Shown: positions 52,541-64,000 of the stretch, in pieces
Numbering within the stretch: the first letter of the stretch is position 1
Layout of the letters: each line of letters starts with the position of its first letter
NCBI GenBank assembly: GCA_964035545.1
Contig: OZ037770.1
Location: 6,272,729-6,336,728 of the forward strand
From: Bugula neritina
Lineage: Eukaryota; Animalia; Bryozoa
Direction: 5' to 3'
Length of the DNA stretch: 64,000 bases
Made by a program: the position numbers and the translations under genes
Notes under the pieces: generated by a model
Told to the model about the DNA's origin: nothing
The model's input: only the letters and a program-made list of their open reading frames with translations
The model's database searches: none

Positions 52541-55505
52541 TAGTATGTGAATCACACCAATAGTGAGTCAAACTGATTTAATAGACTAATTATTCCAATT
52601 TGTTGGCAATTTTTGAGATAAAGTTGAAATGTAATTTTTAATGATTGGCTTGTTTATAAAGTCACAGTTTATTTTAATGATGTCAAAATATACAACTTTA
52701 TTTCATTATCTCACCGTATAAAATTCCAAAATTTCTATTGAAAACTGCATGCATCTAAAAATAGCTGAGTAACTGATTCTACTAGGGCATTATTTAAATT
52801 TACTTATTTGAATTTAAGTCTTAACCCTTCCCAGATCACAGATACATGTATTATGTCTTTTTAAACTTTTTTATTCACAGGTTAATTGAGCGAGTACGCC
52901 CAGTAAATGTACAAACGATACTGCCTATGTTAAAGTTTTAGCTTTAGACCAAATTACTCCAAGATTTATATAAGCAATGTTAAAAATGCACCTCAGTAGT
53001 TTATAGATCATTATAGACAATAAATCTGAATAAATGAAAAGCTACAAAGCCAGCTAATAACTTTTAATTCAATACCAGAATACTAAAATTAGCAGTACAT
53101 TTTGCATTGTTTTTATAACTTAAAAGAGTTAGCTATTTGGCAGCCTTGTGACAATGCAGCCTTGTAGAATAAAGCGCAATGACTCTGAAAAGTTAAAAGG
53201 TTAAATGAATCATACGTAAATTTGCTAATAATTGAAAGAAATAATGTCTGGACTGTTATTATGAACTATATAGCATTGAATGGGTTCAATAACAGGGTTG
53301 ATTTGGAGACTTTATAACACTAACATTTATAAAAGTACTCTTTGATCATTAGACCAGTCTTAATACATCAATGGATCTCTTGAAAGATTCTTCATCAAAT
53401 AATATATTTGTAATTTACCGGTATATGTTGTACAACTAAAATAATGGAAATTCATTTAAAATTGTGTTTGGTAAAATATACAGTACTTCGATTAGGTTAG
53501 CATATGATTATCACATACAATAGATACCTTTTCATGTACAGCTCACAAATATAATGCTATATAACAATGCTAGCTAAAAAACTATGATTTATCAACTTTT
53601 ATTCAGTTGTAAAGTTAGTTAGTTTTGAAATTTTTATCCTAACAACTTGTTGCGCCTAAAGTCATTCCTGAATGAACTACTTGCATTCAAGGCTGGAGTA
53701 ACTATTAAAGCTGCTTGACTAATAGGTTTTTAAGGTGCTTTAGTCAGGTTTGGGATTTGGAGTTATATAACTATATATTATAACTATTTATAGGTCAACC
53801 TAAAAGATTGTCTTTATTTAGAATAGGGTGCTGTCCAGAATTAATAAATAGAGAGTGCAGATTGTCTTCAAAGTCCAGGTCTAAAGTTAAACATAAATAT
53901 AAATAGCTAATTGCTATATTTATATTTTTGCCACTATAAATTGGTTATCTACAAGCTGCTTAGCTGCCTCACTAGAAATTGTTATATATAGTAGCTTAAC
54001 TGTTTTAGCCAAAGCCAGTAGTCTTGGAAAGTAAAGCATATAAGGTATATACCCAGTGGTCAAAATATGCATGTGTAATCATCTGGTATAGTATTATTAA
54101 ACAGGGCAACTTAGTCTAAACTTTGCTCTTTTGTTTTACTGGAACTAACAACAACTATAAGTTACTGCCGCTGAACTGAAACTATAGTTCGATAGTTACT
54201 GCTACATATTTATCTCAATCCTAAGTAAATAAGTCTTATAAATATTATGCTTTGATGCATTATTTCCATGTAATCTTAAAGTTTAAGTAGGCTCTTACAA
54301 TATTATGATGTAATAGTCCTTCATTTGAATAAGCATTAAACTCCTTGTTTATAACATTAACTTTATATTGGAGAAAAAAACGTTGCATTGAAATGTTGAA
54401 GTAACGTTCTATTGATGTTTTTTGAAAACATTTTTGAAAAAAGGTTTATACAACATTTCAAAATACATTCATGCAACCATTTTATCAAACATTTGAACAA
54501 CATTGGTATCAATCGTTTCTTTAACGTTGGGTTAAAACGTTATGTTTATGTTTGCAGAGCAACGTTGTTTGAAATGTTCTATGAATGTTGTATAAATGTT
54601 TAGTAAAACAATTTGGTTAAAACATTTATAAAACATTTTGAAAAAACATTGATCCAACCTTTTTATCAAACATTCTATTAACCTTGGTTAAAATCATTTA
54701 TTGAACGTTGAATTAAAACATTGTGGTTACGTTTGAAAGAAACGTTGTATTGAAATGTTGTATAAACGTTGTATTAATGTTTTATTGAAACAGTTTGTGC
54801 AAAACGTTGATAGAATGTTTTGAAAACAACATTAATACAACCTTTTTTTCAAACACCTAATAAACCTTTGAAAAATACATTTATTAAACGTTGGGTTATA
54901 ACGTTAATTTCATGTTTAGAACAAACGTTGCTTTGAAACATTCTACCAACGTTTAATGGATGTTTTGTTACAACGTTTGGGTCAAACGTTTAATGAACGT
55001 TGTGATATACATTTATACAACAACTTTTCTCAACATTTGTTAAATGTTTGACCAAAATGTTGACTTTAAACATTTATCAAACATTACCATAACGTTAAAC
55101 GGAAATGTTTGATTCTAATGTTGTGAACAAAACCTTCTGACAACACATCCAAAGGTTGTATAAACGTTTCTTGTTAGTTGGGAGCTGATACAACACAGTG
55201 TTTTAAGTTAAGTGACAAAATAATAATAATTAGATTTTTATAAATAGTTAGCTGTCAGGAAAATAAAGCTTTTACAATTTGAAAGAATTAATGCATGAGT
55301 GTGGAAGATTTATTGAACCATCTCTTGTATCCTAAAATAGTTTTAATGACGAGAACTTGCTCAGCATCTATTATATATATCCATAAAACAAGGCCTTACA
55401 ACCACTCATCAAAAATTCCATAAAAACTCTTTAGCACGCTGGATGCATAAATTACTAATCTAATTCTAATTATTGTACACCCAATAAAATATGTATACGT
55501 TTAGT

Positions 55506-56980
55506 TCAAAAATATTTTTCAGTCCAGTCATTTCCTCTATATTCTAGTTTGAAGCAGACTCTGAGACTTGCTGGTGCCTTTCTCTGTTGCTGTTTTCTGA
55601 CGTCTGCCAGTTTGTTGTGGCGGGGGTTTGCCTCTCTGTATGCTGCTGCATTACCATTGACTACATTAATGGGTGCTGTGCTCTTCACATGCACACTGGG
55701 GGCTGTCTGCAATGCAACAGTGGCAGATCCAGAACCCGATTTATAAGCTTTGCTGCCAGCTTTTAGCTTAGATGAAGGATCGGGGGGGGGGGGGTAGAAA
55801 AGATGCCGAGGCTTTTTAAAAACTTGTTTTACACCGGCTGATGCAAGAGACAATAAACTTTGTCTTTTCAGTGGTTTCTCAGCAGACCCATAGGATGCCT
55901 GACTTTGTTGTGTCTCATTACTCCATGTACTCAGTGACCTTTCTACTTTCTTTCTGGCTGGAGCTGTGTGTAATTTAGACTTACCATTTTTAGGTGTAGC
56001 TTTAGGTGGGGCCTTCGGGTTATCTTCTCTTTGTTTAGTTGTATCAGCCCACTTACTCTTAGACTTACTCATGCTAGATCACAGGCTTGATGGAAAGATC
56101 TAACTTTTCTTTTGTAGCGAGTGGGGGCAGTAAAACGCTCTCCCGTAGTTTTGCAAGTTTGTAAGGTTGGCTGAAAGCAGGCAGAGATTGCGTTTTGTCC
56201 AAGTTGCCACTCTTTATCTGCATTAGACTGAATTTTCTGCATTCAGCTGGAGCTTTGTTTACCCCTTTAGCAGTCACTTTAGATTCTGCCCTCTCATTTG
56301 CTGAGACAGGCCTGGAATGTGTAATAGAGGTACTACTAGTAAATTCATTCTCTATAGACATGGGCATAGAGTCATTGACTTTTAAAGATCTGTTCAAATA
56401 TTCAGAATTGGTTTGTTCTGCAGACCAAGTGACTGGGTCTCCAGGGTAGAAAGTGCTTTGTAACTGGTCCGAGTCATCAGCTGCCTCATTCATATAACAT
56501 TCAGTGACTGGAGTCTAAGATTCACCCTAATTTATAATAGCCTGAGGCCTAGTTTCTATAGTCCTAGTGACGTTGAAAGAGTTGTAGTCATCATTGCTAA
56601 GACTATATGTGGGATTTGCCGAGTTTCGATATGCTTCCAGCTCTTGATTGGTCGACTCAGGGGTAGAAGTTGAGCTCATGTTAACATCTGCATCCCGCAA
56701 GTCATTGAAGGCTAAGGAGTTGTCTCCATTTACTAACTGATCCTTTATCTGGATAAAAATTTTGCTTGAAACTAAAACTACATGTGTATCATTACTAGAT
56801 TCACCTTTTTCAACTGAGGTGTTCATATTCACATCATAACCGTCAGATCCCTGCTCCAAATAGTACACACTGTCAGTTGATACATTGCCATAGGTAGAGT
56901 TATTACTACTAAAGCTGCCACGTTTACTTTGCCTTTTACTAGATGACCTTCAGGATTTTCGCTACTCTTGTGCTGAATTT
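55506..56980 (-). pseudogene. Large decayed coding exon, S/K/P-rich, product unknown
   Basis: Three consecutive minus-strand ORFs (56868-56527, 56493-56074, 56072-55506). The first two share a frame and are separated by two TAG stops. The third follows a frameshift. Composition is coding-like. Confidence 0.5.
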
Positions 56981-57104
56981 ATTCAGCTTTTATTTTATTC
57001 ATGTTGGTATTACAATTGGTATTTGTATTAGTTTCAGCTAACTTGATGCCCCATAACACATGGTGAGTTGTTTTATTACAGACTGAACAAAAAATTTGAA
57101 AATC

Positions 57105-58390
57105 TTAACAGCGCTTAGGCTCATGGGCACTCAAGTACCTAACACATAGAGAGTTAGTTTTTATTAACTTATATTTTTCATCTACAGACAACGCCAAGGA
57201 ATTTATGCACTCAACAAGACAATGACGTTTACTGCGATGAATAAAACAGTAATTCTCACAATCAATGATTTTGTTATTATTATTAAACCTGTTACTACTA
57301 AACTTTGGGCCACTGCTTTCAGTGTGGAATACTTTCACCTTTTGTTTATGCATGCTGGAGGACTCCAATTTACACTTTCTATGCGTTGATCTGAGGGTTA
57401 TCTGCCATTCCTACTCTAGAAACTTCATGAGGTGTTGGAATGGCTTGATTCCTCGTGAGTGAGTATGTGAAAATGTCTATCCCAGTTCTGTTTAATGCTC
57501 GTAGGTAATAGGTTTGCAAGAGTATCAGCTTGTGGCAGCGTAACAGTTTGCAAAAGTCCAACTTCACCGAGTTGGCTGTACGAAATGTTTACTGTGTTGG
57601 CCATTTTGACGAGTTCTCGTGCATCTCCTTCCTTTATTGGCTTTAGTTTTTGTAAGTTGTTGAAGACTGCTTGCACATTCATGCTAGGATCATTGTAGAC
57701 CTCTTTTAATCTACACATCATTCTCTTGTAAGCTTGAAGTTAAGTTGCAAAGACTGGCTGAACCATCTCCAAAGCTTCAGCTGTAAAAAATATTTTTAAC
57801 TCACGAGCTCTATTGGCATTATCGTAAAGCATACAGTGGTATATTTTACCCATGCTGACCTAAATTCTAGCCAATGGTATCTAGTGCCTTAAATATGGCC
57901 TTGGTTGCAAATGAGTTTTTTGTATAGATGTATTGAAGTTATTTCTACCTGCATATATAGAGTCATAACTTATTTGAGTTGTTTCATTAGGGTAGCTATC
58001 ATAGGCATTGACAACAGAGGAGGTTGCTCCGCAAATCAAAATCTAGAATGAGTTGCACGATCAGTATTACCATGTAAATCACACATTGAAAATGTAGAAG
58101 AATAAATATCTCTGACACTGGCATTTGCTATGGCACCTGGGTTTGATGCCAAAGCTCTACTGGACGTATGGTCTTCACATAGTACCTGCTTGTCACTACC
58201 TCTCGCTGTAATACCTGGATTTGGTGCAAAAGTAGCCTCACGTGTGCTAGGGTGTGATCTAGGAGGAGACAACTGACTCGACGCAACCGTAGTAAGTGCA
58301 CGACCAGCGCCGCCCAAAGGTGACCCCCATCTATACCGCTCCTGCGAGACTGGACCAGAGCACAGATGGATTAGATTCACGGTGTTCAAA
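57105..58390 (-). mobile_element. BEL/Pao LTR retrotransposon gag remnant (DUF1759-like + Cys-His knuckles)
   Basis: GTRYHWLEFRSAW, RLKEVYNDPSMNVQAVFNNLQKLKPIKEGD, LLPTSIKQNW, FMKFLE, CFIHRSKRHCLVEC...LIKTNSLCVRYLSAHEPKRC. Frameshifted. Confidence 0.8.
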
Positions 58391-60989
58391 ATTCATGCTA
58401 TGGGGCTGAAGCCTTCACATAGGAGTAGGCTTAGACTTGCAATAGTTTAAAGATAGAATTACTTCGTCTATGTAGTTGTAAAAATAAAACAGAAAAAATA
58501 TATGATATTTGCCAAACTTTCTAAAAGAGCTACACATTTAATATGGCATTCAGTGAGAATAGTATTATTAGTACAATCAGTAACTAATCTATTGGCTTTT
58601 TTAATTGCTAAATTAAGGCTGTGCTTGATTTTATAGAATTTGCTATACTAAGTATTACAGTCAGAAATAGCTTTGTCATAAATAACCTTTACAGCTTCAT
58701 AGTACTCTACTGAATTTATCTTATTACAATAAGCAATGTCTTCTATAGATTTATCAAACGAAACGTATTCCGAAAAGTCATAGGCTAATGCATGGATAGT
58801 TGAAAACTTTTGAAGTTAATTCAAACAGTTTTTCCTACTTTTTACGTATAGTTGTGATTAAGTCAACATTGATGAACAACATGCATTCGATTTCGTTGGC
58901 TAGTTTTTAGCTTTGTGAGAATAGTCCAAACTTACCATGGGCTCACACAAGAATCTTCAATCTTAAGCTGTTTACATGTGCAGTTAGGTCACATGCAGCT
59001 ACCTAATAGTTATATCTGTACTAAAAGACTATATCTGTGCCAAATGTCACTTTCTTTTGAAAAACCGATATGCAAAAAAATGAAATGTATGCATCTTTGA
59101 ACTAATATTATAACTTTCATTGTTTATACTAACTATTGGAGTAGTTTAAGGAGCCTCAATACCCTAGTCATGTAACAAATCCAACTATCTCATTTTATTA
59201 GCACCACTGTGAACAACAGTGTCAATGGGGTAGAGATGCAACTTTGATATGATAATATTTTGGATTATGTCATACCTACTAATTAAAGTTTTTTTAATTG
59301 ATGTTGAAAATTGCTAAATTCTATAAAATAAATTAGTTTCTGATTAGCAATAAGATATAAATATGCTAAAATTTTGTTTGAAGGTATAGTGGGATAACTG
59401 TACAGTCTACATCCTCAGAGTAGGAAATTGCTCATTAGTTTTAGTGAGGTCTCATTTCCTGCATTATCAGACCAACTCATTTTGTTGTTGCGTGAAATGT
59501 ATTGGTTTGTGAATTGGTAACCAACAACTCTACACTGAGAGCTGCGTAAAACTATTGCATTGCCTTAAACCAATAATCTTACCTCTTAAATGTTTTAACT
59601 GGTTGAATATACAAGTATACTTTTCTTTTTTGACTACAGACATAGTGTATGGTAGAATGAATAATATTATGGCCTAGTCGACTACTTATCACACACTTTA
59701 TATTACAGTCTGTGTCAGCTGACTCAGTTAGAGAAACTAGACATAGGATGTAATACTATCAACATAGTACCAGAAATTGTGTCATTACTGATATGACTGA
59801 ATGAGTTGGATATGAAGAGATGTGAATTATCTAATCTACTTAAGAGGTTTGTATACATGTCACAACAGGTTTTTTATTGCAATAACTTGCAGAAAACTAG
59901 TTTAACCACAGCAAAAACTACATCGTAATGTTTATACATTTTCACGGTAAATCTATAATAAGATATTCACATCTTGTAAAGGCAAATAATATTGTCAAGC
60001 TGTATCCTGTTTAGCAATTTCACCAATTTAAAGGATCATTCCAGCGTAGTTCTATATTTCTGTAAAGTATCCACTCTGTTAGTTTGTCTAAGGGCTGTTC
60101 TTCAAAAATAAATTAATAATATTTTGATTACTTCTCAAAGCTATATATGAAAGTTGTAGCTACTTTTGTGCATATAATTTGTATTGTAGTTTAACGCAGT
60201 GTCTTATCATTTTTAAGTGAATTATATAATCTGCACCACTTACATTTCTGATGACTTAACTTAGCTGACTGTACTAAGCTTTCTCTATTATGAGTAACAC
60301 ACTCTGCTGTTGCTACTAGTAGATAGTCATGATATTCACTATACATTATATCATTGAGGGAATATACATGTATTTGACTAAAATAAAATGTGATTTGCTC
60401 ATTTGCTCCCCCCTCTCGCTACAGTACTCCAGCCACAGACCGAAACCATGCACCTTAGCTACAGTTCATAGAAAAAAGTCCACTCAGAATTTTGTAGTAC
60501 ATGTTACCAACGTTTTTTTTTCTGATAAAAGTTCTCCTGAAGTGTAAATAGAAAACATTTTTAGTTCTAAACAGTAATGATAATGACACCTAGAACAACC
60601 GAATGATGTGCGTTTCCTCTGCTATCCGTGGTGGCACAAACTGTACAGTTAAAACATGAGTTTTGCTTTAGATCTGAAAGAATATTTTTATTCAGTTGTA
60701 ATATTAAATAAATAAAGATCAGATGCAACAAAATCTGCAAAGTTTCAATATATTTGTTGTGTCCCACCCAGTGGCCCATTGTACCCCGGTACCAGGGCAC
60801 AATGGGCCGATTTTTTCGCCATGAAAATTTTATTATTCTGAGAGTTGTGAAAGAGATAGAAAATACAAACTGATACCTGTGATAGACAACAGATGCAGCA
60901 TTAGGACTAAATATTATTGAACTAGTAACTTGCAAAACAGACGAATGAGAACAAAAAATGCAAAATTTGGCCTGTTGTGCCCCTGTTTC

Positions 60990-63900
60990 AATGTGTTATG
61001 GTGTATTTAAATTTATTACAATATGTTTCAGTATAAAGCACTGTATTACAGTACTTTCAGTGTATAATACTGTGTTACAGTGTATTTCGATTTATCGCAG
61101 TATGTTCCAGTAGGCCTATATATTACAATGTATTACACTTCAGTAGAAGTTTTTGAAGCATATTTTTGTTTATTACAATGTTTTACATTTTATTACAGTG
61201 TATTACAGTTTATTACCATATGTTTGAGTCTTTTACAATGTATTACAGTTTTCGAAAGTCTAATGCGGTATATTACAGTGTATCACAGTTTTTGACAATG
61301 TATTGCAGTTGACTACGGCATATTACAGCTTACAACATTGTACTACAATCTATAATAGTGCGTTTATGTACTTCTCTGCGAGTAATAATAACTTACAGTA
61401 TGTTTGAGTATATTACAATGTATTAAAGTATATTTCAGTCTATTACAACATGTTAGAGTTTCTGAAAGTGTATTGCTGTTATTTCTGTATGTCACAGATA
61501 TTGTTAATATATCGGATTGTAATACAGTATATTGCACTGTACAACATCGTACTATACAGCCTACTACAGGGTATTTACGTATTTGCCAGTGTTTTTTTAG
61601 CATTTTAAAGTATGTTTCAGTACATCATAATGTTTTACAGTATATCTCAGTCTATTACAATGTGTTACAATGTATTACAGTTTATTACCATATGTTTTAG
61701 TCTATTACGTTGAATTGCAGTTTTTGAAAGTTTAACGCAGTATAATACAGTGTATCACAGTTTTTGACAATGTATATTACAGGGTATTACAGCGTGTAAA
61801 ATTGGACTACAGTCTATTACAATGCCTTTCTGTATTTTACAGTGTTATAGTATACTACAGGATGTTTCAGTATCTTAAAATGTATTATCGCATATTTCAG
61901 TCTGTTACAGTGTATTACAGTTTTTGAAAGTGTATCGCAGTATATTACAGTGTAAGTTTTGACATTTTATTACAGTTTCCTACAGCATATGACAGCATAT
62001 AACATTGCACTACTGTATTTAGCTACTTTACAGTGTGTTATTGCATTTTGCAGTATGTTTCACTCTATTATCACACTGTATTACAGTGAATATCAGAAGA
62101 GGAAAAAACTTTTTCCGGGATTGCGAATCTAAGTAAAAAATTGGTGTTTTTCTGCCAGACCAGAATGTAGGGAAGACCGTGAAGTGACGGGACGTGAGAT
62201 CTCAGCTAATCTGCTGTTTCCTTCACTAGCAGTGCTCTAAGACTGTGTTAATTGCAGATTCTGACTAATAAGTTGAAAGGTCAACAGCTGTAAATTGGAT
62301 ATGACAGCCAATATAACAAATGATTAATGGGACTTATATCATAGTTGCCAATTCAGCTTGCTCATGCAGTAACCAAAATCACAAACATGCTTTGAACTTA
62401 ATTTTTCTCAAGATTTTTGAAGCAAAAAAACTTTTAAAATTTTTCTGAAACTGCTAAACTGTGTGCTTATGCCAAAATATTAATCTCAGAAAAAATGAAA
62501 CTCGTACTAGTAATAGTCCTCACACAAACCTAAAATCTCTACTGATTTTATGTGCTTGTTCTATATGTCATGGAGACTACACCTCGCCCGTCTGGGAGGA
62601 GACAACTCCAAAATACAAATGTCCCCAGAGGGACTTGTGAAAAGCCTCTATTGCTCTCCGACCTTGTTGTCAGCATGCCAAAACACTGTCGAGCTGTGAT
62701 TTACAAGGGTTGGCCAAGAAAATATTAGTATGCATCTAATAACCCCAATGACCTTTTTTTATTTGGCCACTATTCTAATTTCAAAGAATTATGTTCAAAA
62801 AATAAGCAAAAATCATTGCAACTTTTAACAAAAATTAAGTTGTAATTTTACTAGAATTTTTAATTTCAATACTGGAATGAGTATATTGGCCAAAAATTGC
62901 ACTACAGAAAATAAAATCTGCTATTTCTTTAAAATATTCTTGTAAAAAACATATTTAGCTTTTCATTGATATGCATATTACCCTATATCACTTTATAAAT
63001 ATTGAGCAAATTATCAATTACTAATCAATAATAAGTTTATTTCAAGCGGTCCCATAATTAAAATCACCACTGTAGGTATTTTACAGTGTCCTATTGAATT
63101 TTACAATATGTTTCAGTATGTTGGAATATATTATTGTTTTTGAAAATGTAATGCAGTATTATTACAGTGTATCACAGGTTATGACATTGTATTACAGTGT
63201 ATTACAACATAGTGTGATACATTTTAGTGGTGCAATCATTATTGGTATTAATCGAAAAGGCCCACTCTATACTGTTTATTATATTGTGAGTTCGACTACA
63301 TCGACCTGTAGCTATGGACAGCAGTGGCACCACTAGTAACCACCAATCAGGACAGGCACATTAATTGATAGCAGGTGGAGCTAGCTACTCGTAGTTGTAG
63401 TGCGCTGAGTAGCTAGCCGGCAGAGCAGCTTGGGACTTCATCTAGAGTAGTTGTGTATTAAAGCTCACTAATTATGTAATCGTTTCTATTCATGTTAACA
63501 GCAAATAACCTTTTTGTATTCGTGTAAATAGTAAACTATCTTAGTGTAAACAACCTGGTGTAGTGGTTTTGTTTAAGTTGACCCACACATAATATGGTGA
63601 ATTGCGAAATTCACTACAATATTACAGGGTATAACATAATAATACAGTCCATTACAGTCTTTTTCAGTAATTTACGGTTTGGTACAGTATGTTACAGTAT
63701 GTTTCAGTATATAATAATGTATTGCAGTATATTTCAGTGTATTACATTGCATTATGGTGTATTAAAACTTATTACAGTATCTTTCAAGATAAAACAATGC
63801 ATTACAGTATATTTCAGTTTATAATAATGCACTACAGTGTATTACAGTTTATCGCAGTATGTTTCAGTATGGTAAAATGTATTACAGTGTATATCAGTCC

Positions 63901-64000
63901 ATTACAATGTCTTACGGTTTATTAGATTTTTTTCGAAGCCTACTTTTGTTTATCACAATGTTTTACATTATATTTTAGTTTATTTCGATGTATTACAGGT
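60990..64000. repeat. Degenerate ~10-bp-period satellite (GTATTACAGT-like), interrupted at ~62090-63070 and 63223-63618
   Basis: Recurrent tattacag/gtttcagt motifs. Longer blocks recur (61197-61300 resembles 61670-61775). Confidence 0.85.
63223..63618 (+). mobile_element. Possible solo LTR
   Basis: GC-richer island in the satellite, ends TTTAGTGG...CACTACA, flanks ACAT/ATAT, internal ATTAAA. Confidence 0.4.

Larger units (their letters stand above)
46436..55182. mobile_element. Large EnSpm/CMC-type DNA element (CCC...GGG ends, AACGTT subterminal arrays), non-autonomous with cargo
   Basis: Left end CCCCACTAACAA, right end TTGTTAGTTGGG. AACGTT-rich subterminal regions at 46460-46900 and 54380-55170. 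No clean TSD and no recognisable transposase. Confidence 0.75.

Noticed and set aside
62084-63074. Insertion in the satellite as a Tc1/mariner element (TACAGTG...CACTGTA)
   Set aside because: The terminal match is only 7 bp, the same motif pervades the satellite, and no transposase remnant was seen.

Overview
AT-rich, intron-rich animal (invertebrate-type) genomic DNA, dense in transposons and tandem repeats. It reads as a pseudogenising, rearranged region. (1) + strand RPGR-like RCC1-repeat exons (1742-20055) break off inside the next exon near 20450. They are followed on the same strand by the 3' half of a SHANK-like gene (proline-rich exons, PPxxF motifs, C-terminal SAM domain, stop 29139) carrying nonsense and frameshift lesions, so the locus looks like an RPGR/SHANK chimera. 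(2) The 16-kb RPGR intron holds a solo LTR, a Kolobok-type element (TTAA TSD, P2X7-ballast/KolX-like gene) and a ~9-kb spliced Crypton-like tyrosine-recombinase element (Tudor - Zn fingers - YR - Myb/SANT-like) with a subterminal minisatellite, a nested solo LTR and a nested CAC...GTG MITE. (3) A 5'-truncated RTE LINE sits in a SHANK-like intron. (4) A multi-exon type-I membrane protein gene with FN3-like and F5/8C/fucolectin-like domains (30093-44720) is also disrupted and contains an internally deleted Gypsy element. (5) An 8.7-kb CCC...GGG EnSpm/CMC-type element carries a decayed spliced cargo gene. (6) The window ends with an orphan decayed exon, a BEL/Pao gag remnant and a degenerate satellite. 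All calls come from manual reading and family motif recall. No database searches were run, and exon edges are best estimates from GT/AG signals and phase.
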